Origin: the human T2T-CHM13v2.0 reference genome, Homo sapiens
NCBI RefSeq assembly: GCF_009914755.1
Contig: NC_060943.1
Length of the DNA: 64,000 nt
Reading direction: 5' to 3' (one strand)
Part shown: positions 12,592 to 29,963 of the stretch, piece after piece
Numbering within the stretch: position 1 is the stretch's first letter
How the letters are laid out: each line of letters starts with the position of its first letter
Program-made: the position numbers and the translations under genes
The notes under the pieces: generated by a model
Seen by the model: only the letters and a program-made list of their open reading frames with translations
Databases searched by the model: none
Told to the model about the DNA's origin: nothing

Positions 12592-13687
12592 TGAACAGCT
12601 GGGATTACAGGCACCCGTCCCCATGCCCGGGTAATTTTTGTATATTTAGTAGAGATGGGGTTTTCAGCATGTTGGCCAGGCTGGTCTCGAACTCCTTACC
12701 TCAAGTGATCCATCCGCCTCAGCCTCCCAAAGTGCTGGGATTACAGGCGTGAGCCACTGCGCCCGGCTTCTTGAATTAGTTTCTAGGAGAAGCCAAGAAC
12801 CCCCCCGGGCTAAGCCTCAATTTTGGGGCTCGCCTGTGCTGCATCAGCTTCACACCTAGAGAAGAGAGTGAAAGAGAAGGGAGAGCCGTCCTTTTGGGCT
12901 GCCTTGAAATAAAGGTTGACCCATGGGTTCATGTATTGTCATTCATTCTCATTTTCTCTTCCTCTCTTTCTCTCTCTCCCCTGCCCCTTAAGTTAGCTTT
13001 TCTACACCCTACCTGGATAAGGATAAGAAATAGAAGGAGGGGACACTTTAGGATGCTACAAAATAAAATACAACAACAACAACAATAACAGCAGCAGCAA
13101 CAACAACAACAGCAACAAAAGGGGAAGAAACAAATCTGGCCACTGCACATTCCTCCTTGCCAACAAAAAGCCGCGGATGCAAAAAGCTGCCCTTCACTGC
13201 ATAGACAGAAGAGGGCGCGCTCGAGCTATGAATCTCGGAAATTACTCAAACCATCAGCCTCTGCAAGAAGCAAAGTGGACGGCCGGGCGCGGTGGCTCAC
13301 TCCTGGAATCCCAGCACTTTGGGAGCCCGAGGTGGGCGGATCACGAGGTCAGGAGATCGAGACTGTTCTGGCTAAACCAGTGAAACCCCCTCTCTACTAA
13401 AAAAATAAGAAAAGCGAAGTGCATCTCCCATAAACGAGGTACTGCAGGAAGAAAGCAGAAAATGAGACCCGAGTACACACATGCACGCGGGCGCGCGCAC
13501 ACACACACCAGAAGAAATGAACCAAGAGGAAAGGAAACATTTTCAAATAAGCATTTGGAGATGGGAAAAACACCTTGAAACAGAAATTCATAAAGCACAG
13601 AATTTTTTTTTAAGTTAAAAAAGGAACAATAATAGACAGAAAATGAACGAAAAATTAAATGTCATATCAGAAGTGAAGATAAATTAA

Positions 13688-13903
<216 letters not shown>

Positions 13904-15305
13904 TAGAGTCATCATGGAAATTAAACAACCTGCTTCCAAATGACTTTTGGGTAAAGACTGAATTTAAGGCAGAAATAAAAAAATTATTTGAAACTAATGA
14001 AAACAAACATACAACATCCCAGAATCTCTGGGACACAGCTAGAACAGTGCTCAAAGGAAGTTTCTAGTGCTATATGGCTACACTAAGAAGCTAGAAAGAT
14101 CTCAAATGAACCGCCTAACATCACACCTAGAGGAATTAGAAAAACAAGAGCAAATCAACCCCAAAGCTAGCAGAAGAAAAAAAAAAACCAACATCGGAGC
14201 TGACCTGAATGAAATGGAGACGTAAAAAACCATACAAAAGATCAATGAAACCCAAAGTTGATTTTTTAAAAAAATTATTTATTTATTATTTATTCCATAA
14301 ATTATTGGGGTACAGGTGGTGTGTGGTTACATAAGCTCTTTAGTGGTGATTTGTGATTTTGGTGCACCCATCACCTGAGCAGTATACACTACACCCTACT
14401 TGTTGTATTTTATCCCTCGCCCCCGCCAACTCGTCCCCCTAAGTCCCCAAAGTCCATTGTATCATTCTTACGCCTTTGCGTCCTCATAGCTTAGCTCCCA
14501 CATATCAGTGAGAACATACGATGTTTGGTTTTCCATTCCTGAGTTACTTCACTTAGAATAACAGTCTCCGGTCTCATCCAGGTCACGGCAAATGCTGTTA
14601 ATTCATACAAAGTTGATATTTTTGAAAGCATAAATAACATGGGAAGACCACTAGCTAGATTAATAAAGAAAAAAAGACAAGATCCAAATAAACACAATCA
14701 GAAATGACAAAGGTGACATTACCACTGACCCACAGATATACAAGAAACCCTGAGACTATTCCACATGCCTCTATGCACACAAACTAGAAAACTAGAAGAA
14801 ATAGAGAAATTCCTGGAAACATAAAACCTCTCAAGATTGAACCAGGAAGAAATGGAAACCCTGAACAAACCAACGATGAGTTCCAAAATTGAGTTAGTCA
14901 TACAAAACCTACCAACCAGCACAAAAAACCTTAGACTAGACGGATTCACAGTCGAATCCTACCAGATGTGTAAAGAAAAGCCGGCACCAATCCTACTGAA
15001 ATTATTCCACACAATTGAGGAGGAGCAACTGCTCTCTAACTCATTCTATGAGGTCAGAGTCATTCTGATACCGAAACCTGGCAGAGACACAACGAAAAAA
15101 GGAAAATAGGTAAAGTAATACATATGTTAATGATCTTGATTTAGCCATTCTACGGTATATACATATTTCAAAACAATATGTACATGATAAATATGTACAA
15201 TTTGTCAATTAAAAATATATAAAAGGAATAGGAAAAAATTCAAATGGCACAGAATTTGAAAGGAGAAGATACAGAACAAACTCCGGTGTCTTCTTTATTC
15301 AACTA

Positions 15306-15626
<321 letters not shown>

Positions 15627-16697
15627 TTAATGAATGAATGATGAGACTGTTGGTTACATCTCCCACCTTCTCCCTCTCACTCCACTGCAGCCACACGGGG
15701 CTCCTCACTGTTCCCGTAGCAGCAGGCATGTGCCCCCACTGGGCCTCTGTACTGGCTGTTCCCACTGCCCGAACACCCTCATGCACCATCTGCACTGTCC
15801 AATACGGCCGCCTCTGGCCACACATGGCTACTGAGCAGTTGAACATGGCTGGTCCAAACCAACATTTCCAAGACGTCGTATGGTAAAAAATAACATAAAA
15901 TCTTGCAAAAATGTTTCTATCGATTATGTTAAAATTATGATGTTTTAGGTATATTAGGTTAAATCAGCTATTTTATCCAAATGAATCTCGCCTGTTTGTT
16001 TTTGCTTTTTTTTTTTTTTTTTTTTTTTTGAGATGGAGGCTCGCTCTGTCGCCCAGGCTAGAGTACAATGGCGTGGTCTCGGCTCACTGCATCACTGCAA
16101 CCTCTACCTCCCAGGTTCAAGCGATTCTCCTACCTCACCCTCCCAAGTGGCTGGGATTACAGGCGTGTGCCACCACACCCAGCTAATTTTTGTATTTTTA
16201 GTAGAGACAGGGTTTCACCATGTTGGCCAGGCTGGTCTCGAACTGCTGACCTCGTGATCTACCTGCCTCGGCCTCCCAAAGTCCTGGGATTACAGGTGTG
16301 GGCCACTGCGCCGGCCATGTTTCTCGACTTCTGCTGGCAAGCATGTTCCAGTATTTGCATGGCTCCTAGCCCTCATCTCCATTTCTCTGCACAGATGTTA
16401 CCTTCCCCATGAGGTCTGCCTTATACATGAGGCCTGTATTATAAACTGCAACTCCGCATTCCCCAACCCCGTTGTTTCTTCTCTCCAGAACACTAGGCAC
16501 CATCTGATCTCCTATGCCTTTTCCTTATTGTCAGATACTGAACTCTCAGATACAGTTCCCCTTCCTCCCTCCAGGGGGCGCCATGGAACGCAGGGCCCTC
16601 ACTGGCCCTGGGGACTGGGTGACGACAGGGGGGAGCCTCTGGTGATTGGCTCCCTCACCCTGCGTAAGATCAAAGGGACTAAAGGACAGCCCCGACA

Positions 16698-16820
16698 CCC
16701 GGAGCCATTGTGGCTCAGGCCGGTTGCGCCTGCCCTCGGGCCCTCACGGAGGCGGGGGTTCCAGGGCACGAGTTCGAGGCCAGCCTGGTCCACATGGGTC
16801 GGAAAAAAGGACTTTTTTTT
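16698..16820 (+). ncRNA. SNAR-A: snaR-A gene (unit 4)
   Basis: CCCGGAGCCATTGTGGCTCAGGCCGGTTGCGCCTGCCCTCGGGCCCTCACGGAGGCGGGGGTTCCAGGGCACGAGTTCGAGGCCAGCCTGGTCCACATGGGTCGGAAAAAAGGAC-T8 matches the snaR-A sequence as I recall it. A box 16711-16723, B box 16772-16780. Confidence 0.93.
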
Positions 16821-16899
16821 ATCGTTCCCAATATAACGACAAAACATAAAGGGAGGACGCCTTGATAGGAAGAAATGACATCTTCCTAAGTGTTTTTAA

Positions 16900-17091
<192 letters not shown>

Positions 17092-17791
17092 TGACCAGGC
17101 TGGTCTTGAACACCTGGCCTCAAATGATCCACTCGCCTTGGTCTCCCAAAGTGGTAGGATGACAGGCGTGAGCCACCGCGCCCAGACTCTTCTATTCTTT
17201 TAGAGACAGGGTCTCACTGTGTTGCCCAGGCTGGAGTGCATTGATGTGATGTGTGATCATAGCTCATTGCAGCCCTGACCATCCGAGCTCAAGCAATCCT
17301 TCTGCCTCAGCCTCCTGAGTAGCTGGGGCCGCAGATGTGCACCACTGCACCTGGCTAATTTTTAACATTTTTGTGGAGCCAGAGTCTGTATAAAATAAAG
17401 TGTAAATAGTACCATAAATAAAGAATACATAGTACCATTTTATAGTAGTATAAAACGGACATTAGAAACTCTGAACTTAAAGGTTAAAAAAATACACAAA
17501 AGTAGTTCTCAAGTTCTAGAGACTTGGAGAATCCAGGAATCAACAATGTCGTGGAACTCCTACAGCCTTTCATAAAGAATGGCCCTCGAGGAAAGTGGAA
17601 TTGTCAGTGGGCATTGTGTTCGTGCCTCAGCTAAACACGGCAGGAATTTATTTATAACCTAGTGTAACATCCTCGAGGCACTGTTCAATTAGTCAAGCAA
17701 TTGTAAAATTCTCCCAGTCTTAGAAAAGATACAGGTGTGTGTCCCTCTGCTGTGGCTGTGCACTGAGGCTTCGGTAAAGGTTGCCGTCTAA

Positions 17792-17944
<153 letters not shown>

Positions 17945-19040
17945 TGAACAGCTGGGATTACAGGCACCCGTCCCCATGCCCGGGTAATTTTTGTATATTT
18001 AGTAGAGATGGGGTTTTCAGCATGTTGGCCAGGCTGGTCTCGAACTCCTTACCTCAAGTGATCCATCCGCCTCAGCCTCCCAAAGTGCTGGGATTACAGG
18101 CGTGAGCCACTGCGCCCGGCTTCTTGAATTAGTTTCTAGGAGAAGCCAAGAACCCCCCCGGGCTAAGCCTCAATTTTGGGGCTCGCCTGTGCTGCATCAG
18201 CTTCACACCTAGAGAAGAGAGTGAAAGAGAAGGGAGAGCCGTCCTTTTGGGCTGCCTTGAAATAAAGGTTGACCCATGGGTTCATGTATTGTCATTCATT
18301 CTCATTTTCTCTTCCTCTCTTTCTCTCTCTCCCCTGCCCCTTAAGTTAGCTTTTCTACACCCTACCTGGATAAGGATAAGAAATAGAAGGAGGGGACACT
18401 TTAGGATGCTACAAAATAAAATACAACAACAACAACAATAACAGCAGCAGCAACAACAACAACAGCAACAAAAGGGGAAGAAACAAATCTGGCCACTGCA
18501 CATTCCTCCTTGGCAACAAAAAGCCGCGGATGCAAAAAGCTGCCCTTCACTGCATAGACAGAAGAGGGCGCGCTCGAGCTATGAATCTCGGAAATTACTC
18601 AAACCATCAGCCTCTGCAAGAAGCAAAGTGGACGGCCGGGCGCGGTGGCTCACTCCTGGAATCCCAGCACTTTGGGAGCCCGAGGTGGGCGGATCACGAG
18701 GTCAGGAGATCGAGACTGTTCTGGCTAAACCAGTGAAACCCCCTCTCTACTAAAAAAATAAGAAAAGCGAAGTGCATCTCCCATAAACGAGGTACTGCAG
18801 GAAGAAAGCAGAAAATGAGACCCGAGTACACACATGCACGCGGGCGCGCGCACACACACACCAGAAGAAATGAACCAAGAGGAAAGGAAACATTTTCAAA
18901 TAAGCATTTGGAGATGGGAAAAACACCTTGAAACAGAAATTCATAAAGCACAGAATTTTTTTTTAAGTTAAAAAAGGAACAATAATAGACAGAAAATGAA
19001 CGAAAAATTAAATGTCATATCAGAAGTGAAGATAAATTAA

Positions 19041-19256
<216 letters not shown>

Positions 19257-20658
19257 TAGAGTCATCATGGAAATTAAACAACCTGCTTCCAAATGACTTT
19301 TGGGTAAAGACTGAATTTAAGGCAGAAATAAAAAAATTATTTGAAACTAATGAAAACAAACATACAACATCCCAGAATCTCTGGGACACAGCTAGAACAG
19401 TGCTCAAAGGAAGTTTCTAGTGCTATATGGCTACACTAAGAAGCTAGAAAGATCTCAAATGAACCGCCTAACATCACACCTAGAGGAATTAGAAAAACAA
19501 GAGCAAATCAACCCCAAAGCTAGCAGAAGAAAAAAAAAAACCAACATCGGAGCTGACCTGAATGAAATGGAGACGTAAAAAACCATACAAAAGATCAATG
19601 AAACCCAAAGTTGATTTTTTAAAAAAATTATTTATTTATTATTTATTCCATAAATTATTGGGGTACAGGTGGTGTGTGGTTACATAAGCTCTTTAGTGGT
19701 GATTTGTGATTTTGGTGCACCCATCACCTGAGCAGTATACACTACACCCTACTTGTTGTATTTTATCCCTCGCCCCCGCCAACTCGTCCCCCTAAGTCCC
19801 CAAAGTCCATTGTATCATTCTTACGCCTTTGCGTCCTCATAGCTTAGCTCCCACATATCAGTGAGAACATACGATGTTTGGTTTTCCATTCCTGAGTTAC
19901 TTCACTTAGAATAACAGTCTCCGGTCTCATCCAGGTCACGGCAAATGCTGTTAATTCATACAAAGTTGATATTTTTGAAAGCATAAATAACATGGGAAGA
20001 CCACTAGCTAGATTAATAAAGAAAAAAAGACAAGATCCAAATAAACACAATCAGAAATGACAAAGGTGACATTACCACTGACCCACAGATATACAAGAAA
20101 CCCTGAGACTATTCCACATGCCTCTATGCACACAAACTAGAAAACTAGAAGAAATAGAGAAATTCCTGGAAACATAAAACCTCTCAAGATTGAACCAGGA
20201 AGAAATGGAAACCCTGAACAAACCAACGATGAGTTCCAAAATTGAGTTAGTCATACAAAACCTACCAACCAGCACAAAAAACCTTAGACTAGACGGATTC
20301 ACAGTCGAATCCTACCAGATGTGTAAAGAAAAGCCGGCACCAATCCTACTGAAATTATTCCACACAATTGAGGAGGAGCAACTGCTCTCTAACTCATTCT
20401 ATGAGGTCAGAGTCATTCTGATACCGAAACCTGGCAGAGACACAACGAAAAAAGGAAAATAGGTAAAGTAATACATATGTTAATGATCTTGATTTAGCCA
20501 TTCTACGGTATATACATATTTCAAAACAATATGTACATGATAAATATGTACAATTTGTCAATTAAAAATATATAAAAGGAATAGGAAAAAATTCAAATGG
20601 CACAGAATTTGAAAGGAGAAGATACAGAACAAACTCCGGTGTCTTCTTTATTCAACTA

Positions 20659-20979
<321 letters not shown>

Positions 20980-22050
20980 TTAATGAATGAATGATGAGAC
21001 TGTTGGTTACATCTCCCACCTTCTCCCTCTCACTCCACTGCAGCCACACGGGGCTCCTCACTGTTCCCGTAGCAGCAGGCATGTGCCCCCACTGGGCCTC
21101 TGTACTGGCTGTTCCCACTGCCCGAACACCCTCATGCACCATCTGCACTGTCCAATACGGCCGCCTCTGGCCACACATGGCTACTGAGCAGTTGAACATG
21201 GCTGGTCCAAACCAACATTTCCAAGACGTCGTATGGTAAAAAATAACATAAAATCTTGCAAAAATGTTTCTATCGATTATGTTAAAATTATGATGTTTTA
21301 GGTATATTAGGTTAAATCAGCTATTTTATCCAAATGAATCTCGCCTGTTTGTTTTTGCTTTTTTTTTTTTTTTTTTTTTTTTGAGATGGAGGCTCGCTCT
21401 GTCGCCCAGGCTAGAGTACAATGGCGTGGTCTCGGCTCACTGCATCACTGCAACCTCTACCTCCCAGGTTCAAGCGATTCTCCTACCTCACCCTCCCAAG
21501 TGGCTGGGATTACAGGCGTGTGCCACCACACCCAGCTAATTTTTGTATTTTTAGTAGAGACAGGGTTTCACCATGTTGGCCAGGCTGGTCTCGAACTGCT
21601 GACCTCGTGATCTACCTGCCTCGGCCTCCCAAAGTCCTGGGATTACAGGTGTGGGCCACTGCGCCGGCCATGTTTCTCGACTTCTGCTGGCAAGCATGTT
21701 CCAGTATTTGCATGGCTCCTAGCCCTCATCTCCATTTCTCTGCACAGATGTTACCTTCCCCATGAGGTCTGCCTTATACATGAGGCCTGTATTATAAACT
21801 GCAACTCCGCATTCCCCAACCCCGTTGTTTCTTCTCTCCAGAACACTAGGCACCATCTGATCTCCTATGCCTTTTCCTTATTGTCAGATACTGAACTCTC
21901 AGATACAGTTCCCCTTCCTCCCTCCAGGGGGCGCCATGGAACGCAGGGCCCTCACTGGCCCTGGGGACTGGGTGACGACAGGGGGGAGCCTCTGGTGATT
22001 GGCTCCCTCACCCTGCGTAAGATCAAAGGGACTAAAGGACAGCCCCGACA

Positions 22051-22173
22051 CCCGGAGCCATTGTGGCTCAGGCCGGTTGCGCCTGCCCTCGGGCCCTCAC
22101 GGAGGCGGGGGTTCCAGGGCACGAGTTCGAGGCCAGCCTGGTCCACATGGGTCGGAAAAAAGGACTTTTTTTT
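22051..22173 (+). ncRNA. SNAR-A: snaR-A gene (unit 5)
   Basis: Identical to the unit 4 copy. Confidence 0.93.
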
Positions 22174-22252
22174 ATCGTTCCCAATATAACGACAAAACAT
22201 AAAGGGAGGACGCCTTGATAGGAAGAAATGACATCTTCCTAAGTGTTTTTAA

Positions 22253-22444
<192 letters not shown>

Positions 22445-23144
22445 TGACCAGGCTGGTCTTGAACACCTGGCCTCAAATGATCCACTCGCCTTGGTCTCCC
22501 AAAGTGGTAGGATGACAGGCGTGAGCCACCGCGCCCAGACTCTTCTATTCTTTTAGAGACAGGGTCTCACTGTGTTGCCCAGGCTGGAGTGCATTGATGT
22601 GATGTGTGATCATAGCTCATTGCAGCCCTGACCATCCGAGCTCAAGCAATCCTTCTGCCTCAGCCTCCTGAGTAGCTGGGGCCGCAGATGTGCACCACTG
22701 CACCTGGCTAATTTTTAACATTTTTGTGGAGCCAGAGTCTGTATAAAATAAAGTGTAAATAGTACCATAAATAAAGAATACATAGTACCATTTTATAGTA
22801 GTATAAAACGGACATTAGAAACTCTGAACTTAAAGGTTAAAAAAATACACAAAAGTAGTTCTCAAGTTCTAGAGACTTGGAGAATCCAGGAATCAACAAT
22901 GTCGTGGAACTCCTACAGCCTTTCATAAAGAATGGCCCTCGAGGAAAGTGGAATTGTCAGTGGGCATTGTGTTCGTGCCTCAGCTAAACACGGCAGGAAT
23001 TTATTTATAACCTAGTGTAACATCCTCGAGGCACTGTTCAATTAGTCAAGCAATTGTAAAATTCTCCCAGTCTTAGAAAAGATACAGGTGTGTGTCCCTC
23101 TGCTGTGGCTGTGCACTGAGGCTTCGGTAAAGGTTGCCGTCTAA

Positions 23145-23297
<153 letters not shown>

Positions 23298-24431
23298 TGA
23301 ACAGCTGGGATTACAGGCACCCGTCCCCATGCCCGGGTAATTTTTGTATATTTAGTAGAGATGGGGTTTTCAGCATGTTGGCCAGGCTGGTCTCGAACTC
23401 CTTACCTCAAGTGATCCATCCGCCTCAGCCTCCCAAAGTGCTGGGATTACAGGCGTGAGCCACTGCGCCCGGCTTCTTGAATTAGTTTCTAGGAGAAGCC
23501 AAGAACCCCCCCGGGCTAAGCCTCAATTTTGGGGCTCGCCTGTGCTGCATCAGCTTCACACCTAGAGAAGAGAGTGAAAGAGAAGGGAGAGCCGTCCTTT
23601 TGGGCTGCCTTGAAATAAAGGTTGACCCATGGGTTCATGTATTGTCATTCATTCTCATTTTCTCTTCCTCTCTTTCTCTCTCTCCCCTGCCCCTTAAGTT
23701 AGCTTTTCTACACCCTACCTGGATAAGGATAAGAAATAGAAGGAGGGGACACTTTAGGATGCTACAAAATAAAATACAACAACAACAACAATAACAGCAG
23801 CAGCAACAACAACAACAGCAACAAAAGGGGAAGAAACAAATCTGGCCACTGCACATTCCTCCTTGGCAACAAAAAGCCGCGGATGCAAAAAGCTGCCCTT
23901 CACTGCATAGACAGAAGAGGGCGCGCTCGAGCTATGAATCTCGGAAATTACTCAAACCATCAGCCTCTGCAAGAAGCAAAGTGGACGGCCGGGCGCGGTG
24001 GCTCACTCCTGGAATCCCAGCACTTTGGGAGCCCGAGGTGGGCGGATCACGAGGTCAGGAGATCGAGACTGTTCTGGCTAAACCAGTGAAACCCCCTCTC
24101 TACTAAAAAAATAAGAAAAGCGAAGTGCATCTCCCATAAACGAGGTACTGCAGGAAGAAAGCAGAAAATGAGACCCGAGTACACACATGCACGCGGGCGC
24201 GCGCACACACACACCAGAAGAAATGAACCAAGAGGAAAGGAAACATTTTCAAATAAGCATTTGGAGATGGGAAAAACACCTTGAAACAGAAATTCATAAA
24301 GCACAGAATTTTTTTTTAAGTTAAAAAAGGAACAATAATAGACAGAAAATGAACGAAAAATTAAATGTCATATCAGAAGTGAAGATAAATTAAAAGTGGT
24401 CAAAGGAGAAGAGATCTAAATGCAAACTTAA

Positions 24432-24611
<180 letters not shown>

Positions 24612-26013
24612 TAGAGTCATCATGGAAATTAAACAACCTGCTTCCAAATGACTTTTGGGTAAAGACTGAATTTAAGGCAGAAATAAAAAAATTATTTGAA
24701 ACTAATGAAAACAAACATACAACATCCCAGAATCTCTGGGACACAGCTAGAACAGTGCTCAAAGGAAGTTTCTAGTGCTATATGGCTACACTAAGAAGCT
24801 AGAAAGATCTCAAATGAACCGCCTAACATCACACCTAGAGGAATTAGAAAAACAAGAGCAAATCAACCCCAAAGCTAGCAGAAGAAAAAAAAAAACCAAC
24901 ATCGGAGCTGACCTGAATGAAATGGAGACGTAAAAAACCATACAAAAGATCAATGAAACCCAAAGTTGATTTTTTAAAAAAATTATTTATTTATTATTTA
25001 TTCCATAAATTATTGGGGTACAGGTGGTGTGTGGTTACATAAGCTCTTTAGTGGTGATTTGTGATTTTGGTGCACCCATCACCTGAGCAGTATACACTAC
25101 ACCCTACTTGTTGTATTTTATCCCTCGCCCCCGCCAACTCGTCCCCCTAAGTCCCCAAAGTCCATTGTATCATTCTTACGCCTTTGCGTCCTCATAGCTT
25201 AGCTCCCACATATCAGTGAGAACATACGATGTTTGGTTTTCCATTCCTGAGTTACTTCACTTAGAATAACAGTCTCCGGTCTCATCCAGGTCACGGCAAA
25301 TGCTGTTAATTCATACAAAGTTGATATTTTTGAAAGCATAAATAACATGGGAAGACCACTAGCTAGATTAATAAAGAAAAAAAGACAAGATCCAAATAAA
25401 CACAATCAGAAATGACAAAGGTGACATTACCACTGACCCACAGATATACAAGAATCCCTGAGACTATTCCACATGCCTCTATGCACACAAACTAGAAAAC
25501 TAGAAGAAATAGAGAAATTCCTGGAAACATAAAACCTCTCAAGATTGAACCAGGAAGAAATGGAAACCCTGAACAAACCAACGATGAGTTCCAAAATTGA
25601 GTTAGTCATACAAAACCTACCAACCAGCACAAAAAACCTTAGACTAGACGGATTCACAGTCGAATCCTACCAGATGTGTAAAGAAAAGGCGGCACCAATC
25701 CTACTGAAATTATTCCACACAATTGAGGAGGAGCAACTGCTCTCTAACTCATTCTATGAGGTCAGAGTCATTCTGATACCGAAACCTGGCAGAGACACAA
25801 CGAAAAAAGGAAAATAGGTAAAGTAATACATATGTTAATGATCTTGATTTAGCCATTCTACGGTATATACATATTTCAAAACAATATGTACATGATAAAT
25901 ATGTACAATTTGTCAATTAAAAATATATAAAAGGAATAGGAAAAAATTCAAATGGCACAGAATTTGAAAGGAGAAGATACAGAACAAACTCCGGTGTCTT
26001 CTTTATTCAACTA

Positions 26014-26334
<321 letters not shown>

Positions 26335-27404
26335 TTAATGAATGAATGATGAGACTGTTGGTTACATCTCCCACCTTCTCCCTCTCACTCCACTGCAGCC
26401 ACACGGGGCTCCTCACTGTTCCCGTAGCAGCAGGCATGTGCCCCCACTGGGCCTCTGTACTGGCTGTTCCCACTGCCCGAACACCCTCATGCACCATCTG
26501 CACTGTCCAATACGGCCGCCTCTGGCCACACATGGCTACTGAGCAGTTGAACATGGCTGGTCCAAACCAACATTTCCAAGACGTCGTATGGTAAAAAATA
26601 ACATAAAATCTTGCAAAAATGTTTCTATTGATTATGTTAAAATTATGATGTTTTAGGTATATTAGGTTAAATCAGCTATTTTATCCAAATGAATCTCGCC
26701 TGTTTGTTTTTGCTTTTTTTTTTTTTTTTTTTTTTTGAGATGGAGGCTCGCTCTGTCGCCCAGGCTAGAGTACAATGGCGTGGTCTCGGCTCACTGCATC
26801 ACTGCAACCTCTACCTCCCAGGTTCAAGCGATTCTCCTACCTCACCCTCCCAAGTGGCTGGGATTACAGGCGTGTGCCACCACACCCAGCTAATTTTTGT
26901 ATTTTTAGTAGAGACAGGGTTTCACCATGTTGGCCAGGCTGGTCTCGAACTGCTGACCTCGTGATCTACCTGCCTCGGCCTCCCAAAGTCCTGGGATTAC
27001 AGGTGTGGGCCACTGCGCCGGCCATGTTTCTCGACTTCTGCTGGCAAGCATGTTCCAGTATTTGCATGGCTCCTAGCCCTCATCTCCATTTCTCTGCACA
27101 GATGTTACCTTCCCCATGAGGTCTGCCTTATACATGAGGCCTGTATTATAAACTGCAACTCCGCATTCCCCAACCCCGTTGTTTCTTCTCTCCAGAACAC
27201 TAGGCACCATCTGATCTCCTATGCCTTTTCCTTATTGTCAGATACTGAACTCTCAGATACAGTTCCCCTTCCTCCCTCCAGGGGGCGCCATGGAACGCAG
27301 GGCCCTCACTGGCCCTGGGGACTGGGTGACGACAGGGGGGAGCCTCTGGTGATTGGCTCCCTCACCCTGCGTAAGATCAAAGGGACTAAAGGACAGCCCC
27401 GACA

Positions 27405-27527
27405 CCCGGAGCCATTGTGGCTCAGGCCGGTTGCGCCTGCCCTCGGGCCCTCACGGAGGCGGGGGTTCCAGGGCACGAGTTCGAGGCCAGCCTGGTCCAC
27501 ATGGGTCGGAAAAAAGGACTTTTTTTT
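27405..27527 (+). ncRNA. SNAR-A: snaR-A gene (unit 6)
   Basis: Identical to the unit 4 copy. Confidence 0.93.
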
Positions 27528-27606
27528 ATCGTTCCCAATATAACGACAAAACATAAAGGGAGGACGCCTTGATAGGAAGAAATGACATCTTCCTAAGTGT
27601 TTTTAA

Positions 27607-27798
<192 letters not shown>

Positions 27799-28498
27799 TG
27801 ACCAGGCTGGTCTTGAACACCTGGCCTCAAATGATCCACTCGCCTTGGTCTCCCAAAGTGGTAGGATGACAGGCGTGAGCCACCGCGCCCAGACTCTTCT
27901 ATTCTTTTAGAGACAGGGTCTCACTGTGTTGCCCAGGCTGGAGTGCATTGATGTGATGTGTGATCATAGCTCATTGCAGCCCTGACCATCCGAGCTCAAG
28001 CAATCCTTCTGCCTCAGCCTCCTGAGTAGCTGGGGCCGCAGATGTGCACCACTGCACCTGGCTAATTTTTAACATTTTTGTGGAGCCAGAGTCTGTATAA
28101 AATAAAGTGTAAATAGTACCATAAATAAAGAATACATAGTACCATTTTATAGTAGTATAAAACGGACATTAGAAACTCTGAACTTAAAGGTTAAAAAAAT
28201 ACACAAAAGTAGTTCTCAAGTTCTAGAGACTTGGAGAATCCAGGAATCAACAATGTCGTGGAACTCCTACAGCCTTTCATAAAGAATGGCCCTCGAGGAA
28301 AGTGGAATTGTCAGTGGGCATTGTGTTCGTGCCTCAGCTAAACACGGCAGGAATTTATTTATAACCTAGTGTAACATCCTCGAGGCACTGTTCAATTAGT
28401 CAAGCAATTGTAAAATTCTCCCAGTCTTAGAAAAGATACAGGTGTGTGTCCCTCTGCTGTGGCTGTGCACTGAGGCTTCGGTAAAGGTTGCCGTCTAA

Positions 28499-28651
<153 letters not shown>

Positions 28652-29747
28652 TGAACAGCTGGGATTACAGGCACCCGTCCCCATGCCCGGGTAATTTTTG
28701 TATATTTAGTAGAGATGGGGTTTTCAGCATGTTGGCCAGGCTGGTCTCGAACTCCTTACCTCAAGTGATCCATCCGCCTCAGCCTCCCAAAGTGCTGGGA
28801 TTACAGGCGTGAGCCACTGCGCCCGGCTTCTTGAATTAGTTTCTAGGAGAAGCCAAGAACCCCCCCGGGCTAAGCCTCAATTTTGGGGCTCGCCTGTGCT
28901 GCATCAGCTTCACACCTAGAGAAGAGAGTGAAAGAGAAGGGAGAGCCGTCCTTTTGGGCTGCCTTGAAATAAAGGTTGACCCATGGGTTCATGTATTGTC
29001 ATTCATTCTCATTTTCTCTTCCTCTCTTTCTCTCTCTCCCCTGCCCCTTAAGTTAGCTTTTCTACACCCTACCTGGATAAGGATAAGAAATAGAAGGAGG
29101 GGACACTTTAGGATGCTACAAAATAAAATACAACAACAACAACAATAACAGCAGCAGCAACAACAACAACAGCAACAAAAGGGGAAGAAACAAATCTGGC
29201 CACTGCACATTCCTCCTTGGCAACAAAAAGCCGCGGATGCAAAAAGCTGCCCTTCACTGCATAGACAGAAGAGGGCGCGCTCGAGCTATGAATCTCGGAA
29301 ATTACTCAAACCATCAGCCTCTGCAAGAAGCAAAGTGGACGGCCGGGCGCGGTGGCTCACTCCTGGAATCCCAGCACTTTGGGAGCCCGAGGTGGGCGGA
29401 TCACGAGGTCAGGAGATCGAGACTGTTCTGGCTAAACCAGTGAAACCCCCTCTCTACTAAAAAAATAAGAAAAGCGAAGTGCATCTCCCATAAACGAGGT
29501 ACTGCAGGAAGAAAGCAGAAAATGAGACCCGAGTACACACATGCACGCGGGCGCGCGCACACACACACCAGAAGAAATGAACCAAGAGGAAAGGAAACAT
29601 TTTCAAATAAGCATTTGGAGATGGGAAAAACACCTTGAAACAGAAATTCATAAAGCACAGAATTTTTTTTTAAGTTAAAAAAGGAACAATAATAGACAGA
29701 AAATGAACGAAAAATTAAATGTCATATCAGAAGTGAAGATAAATTAA

Positions 29748-29963
<216 letters not shown>

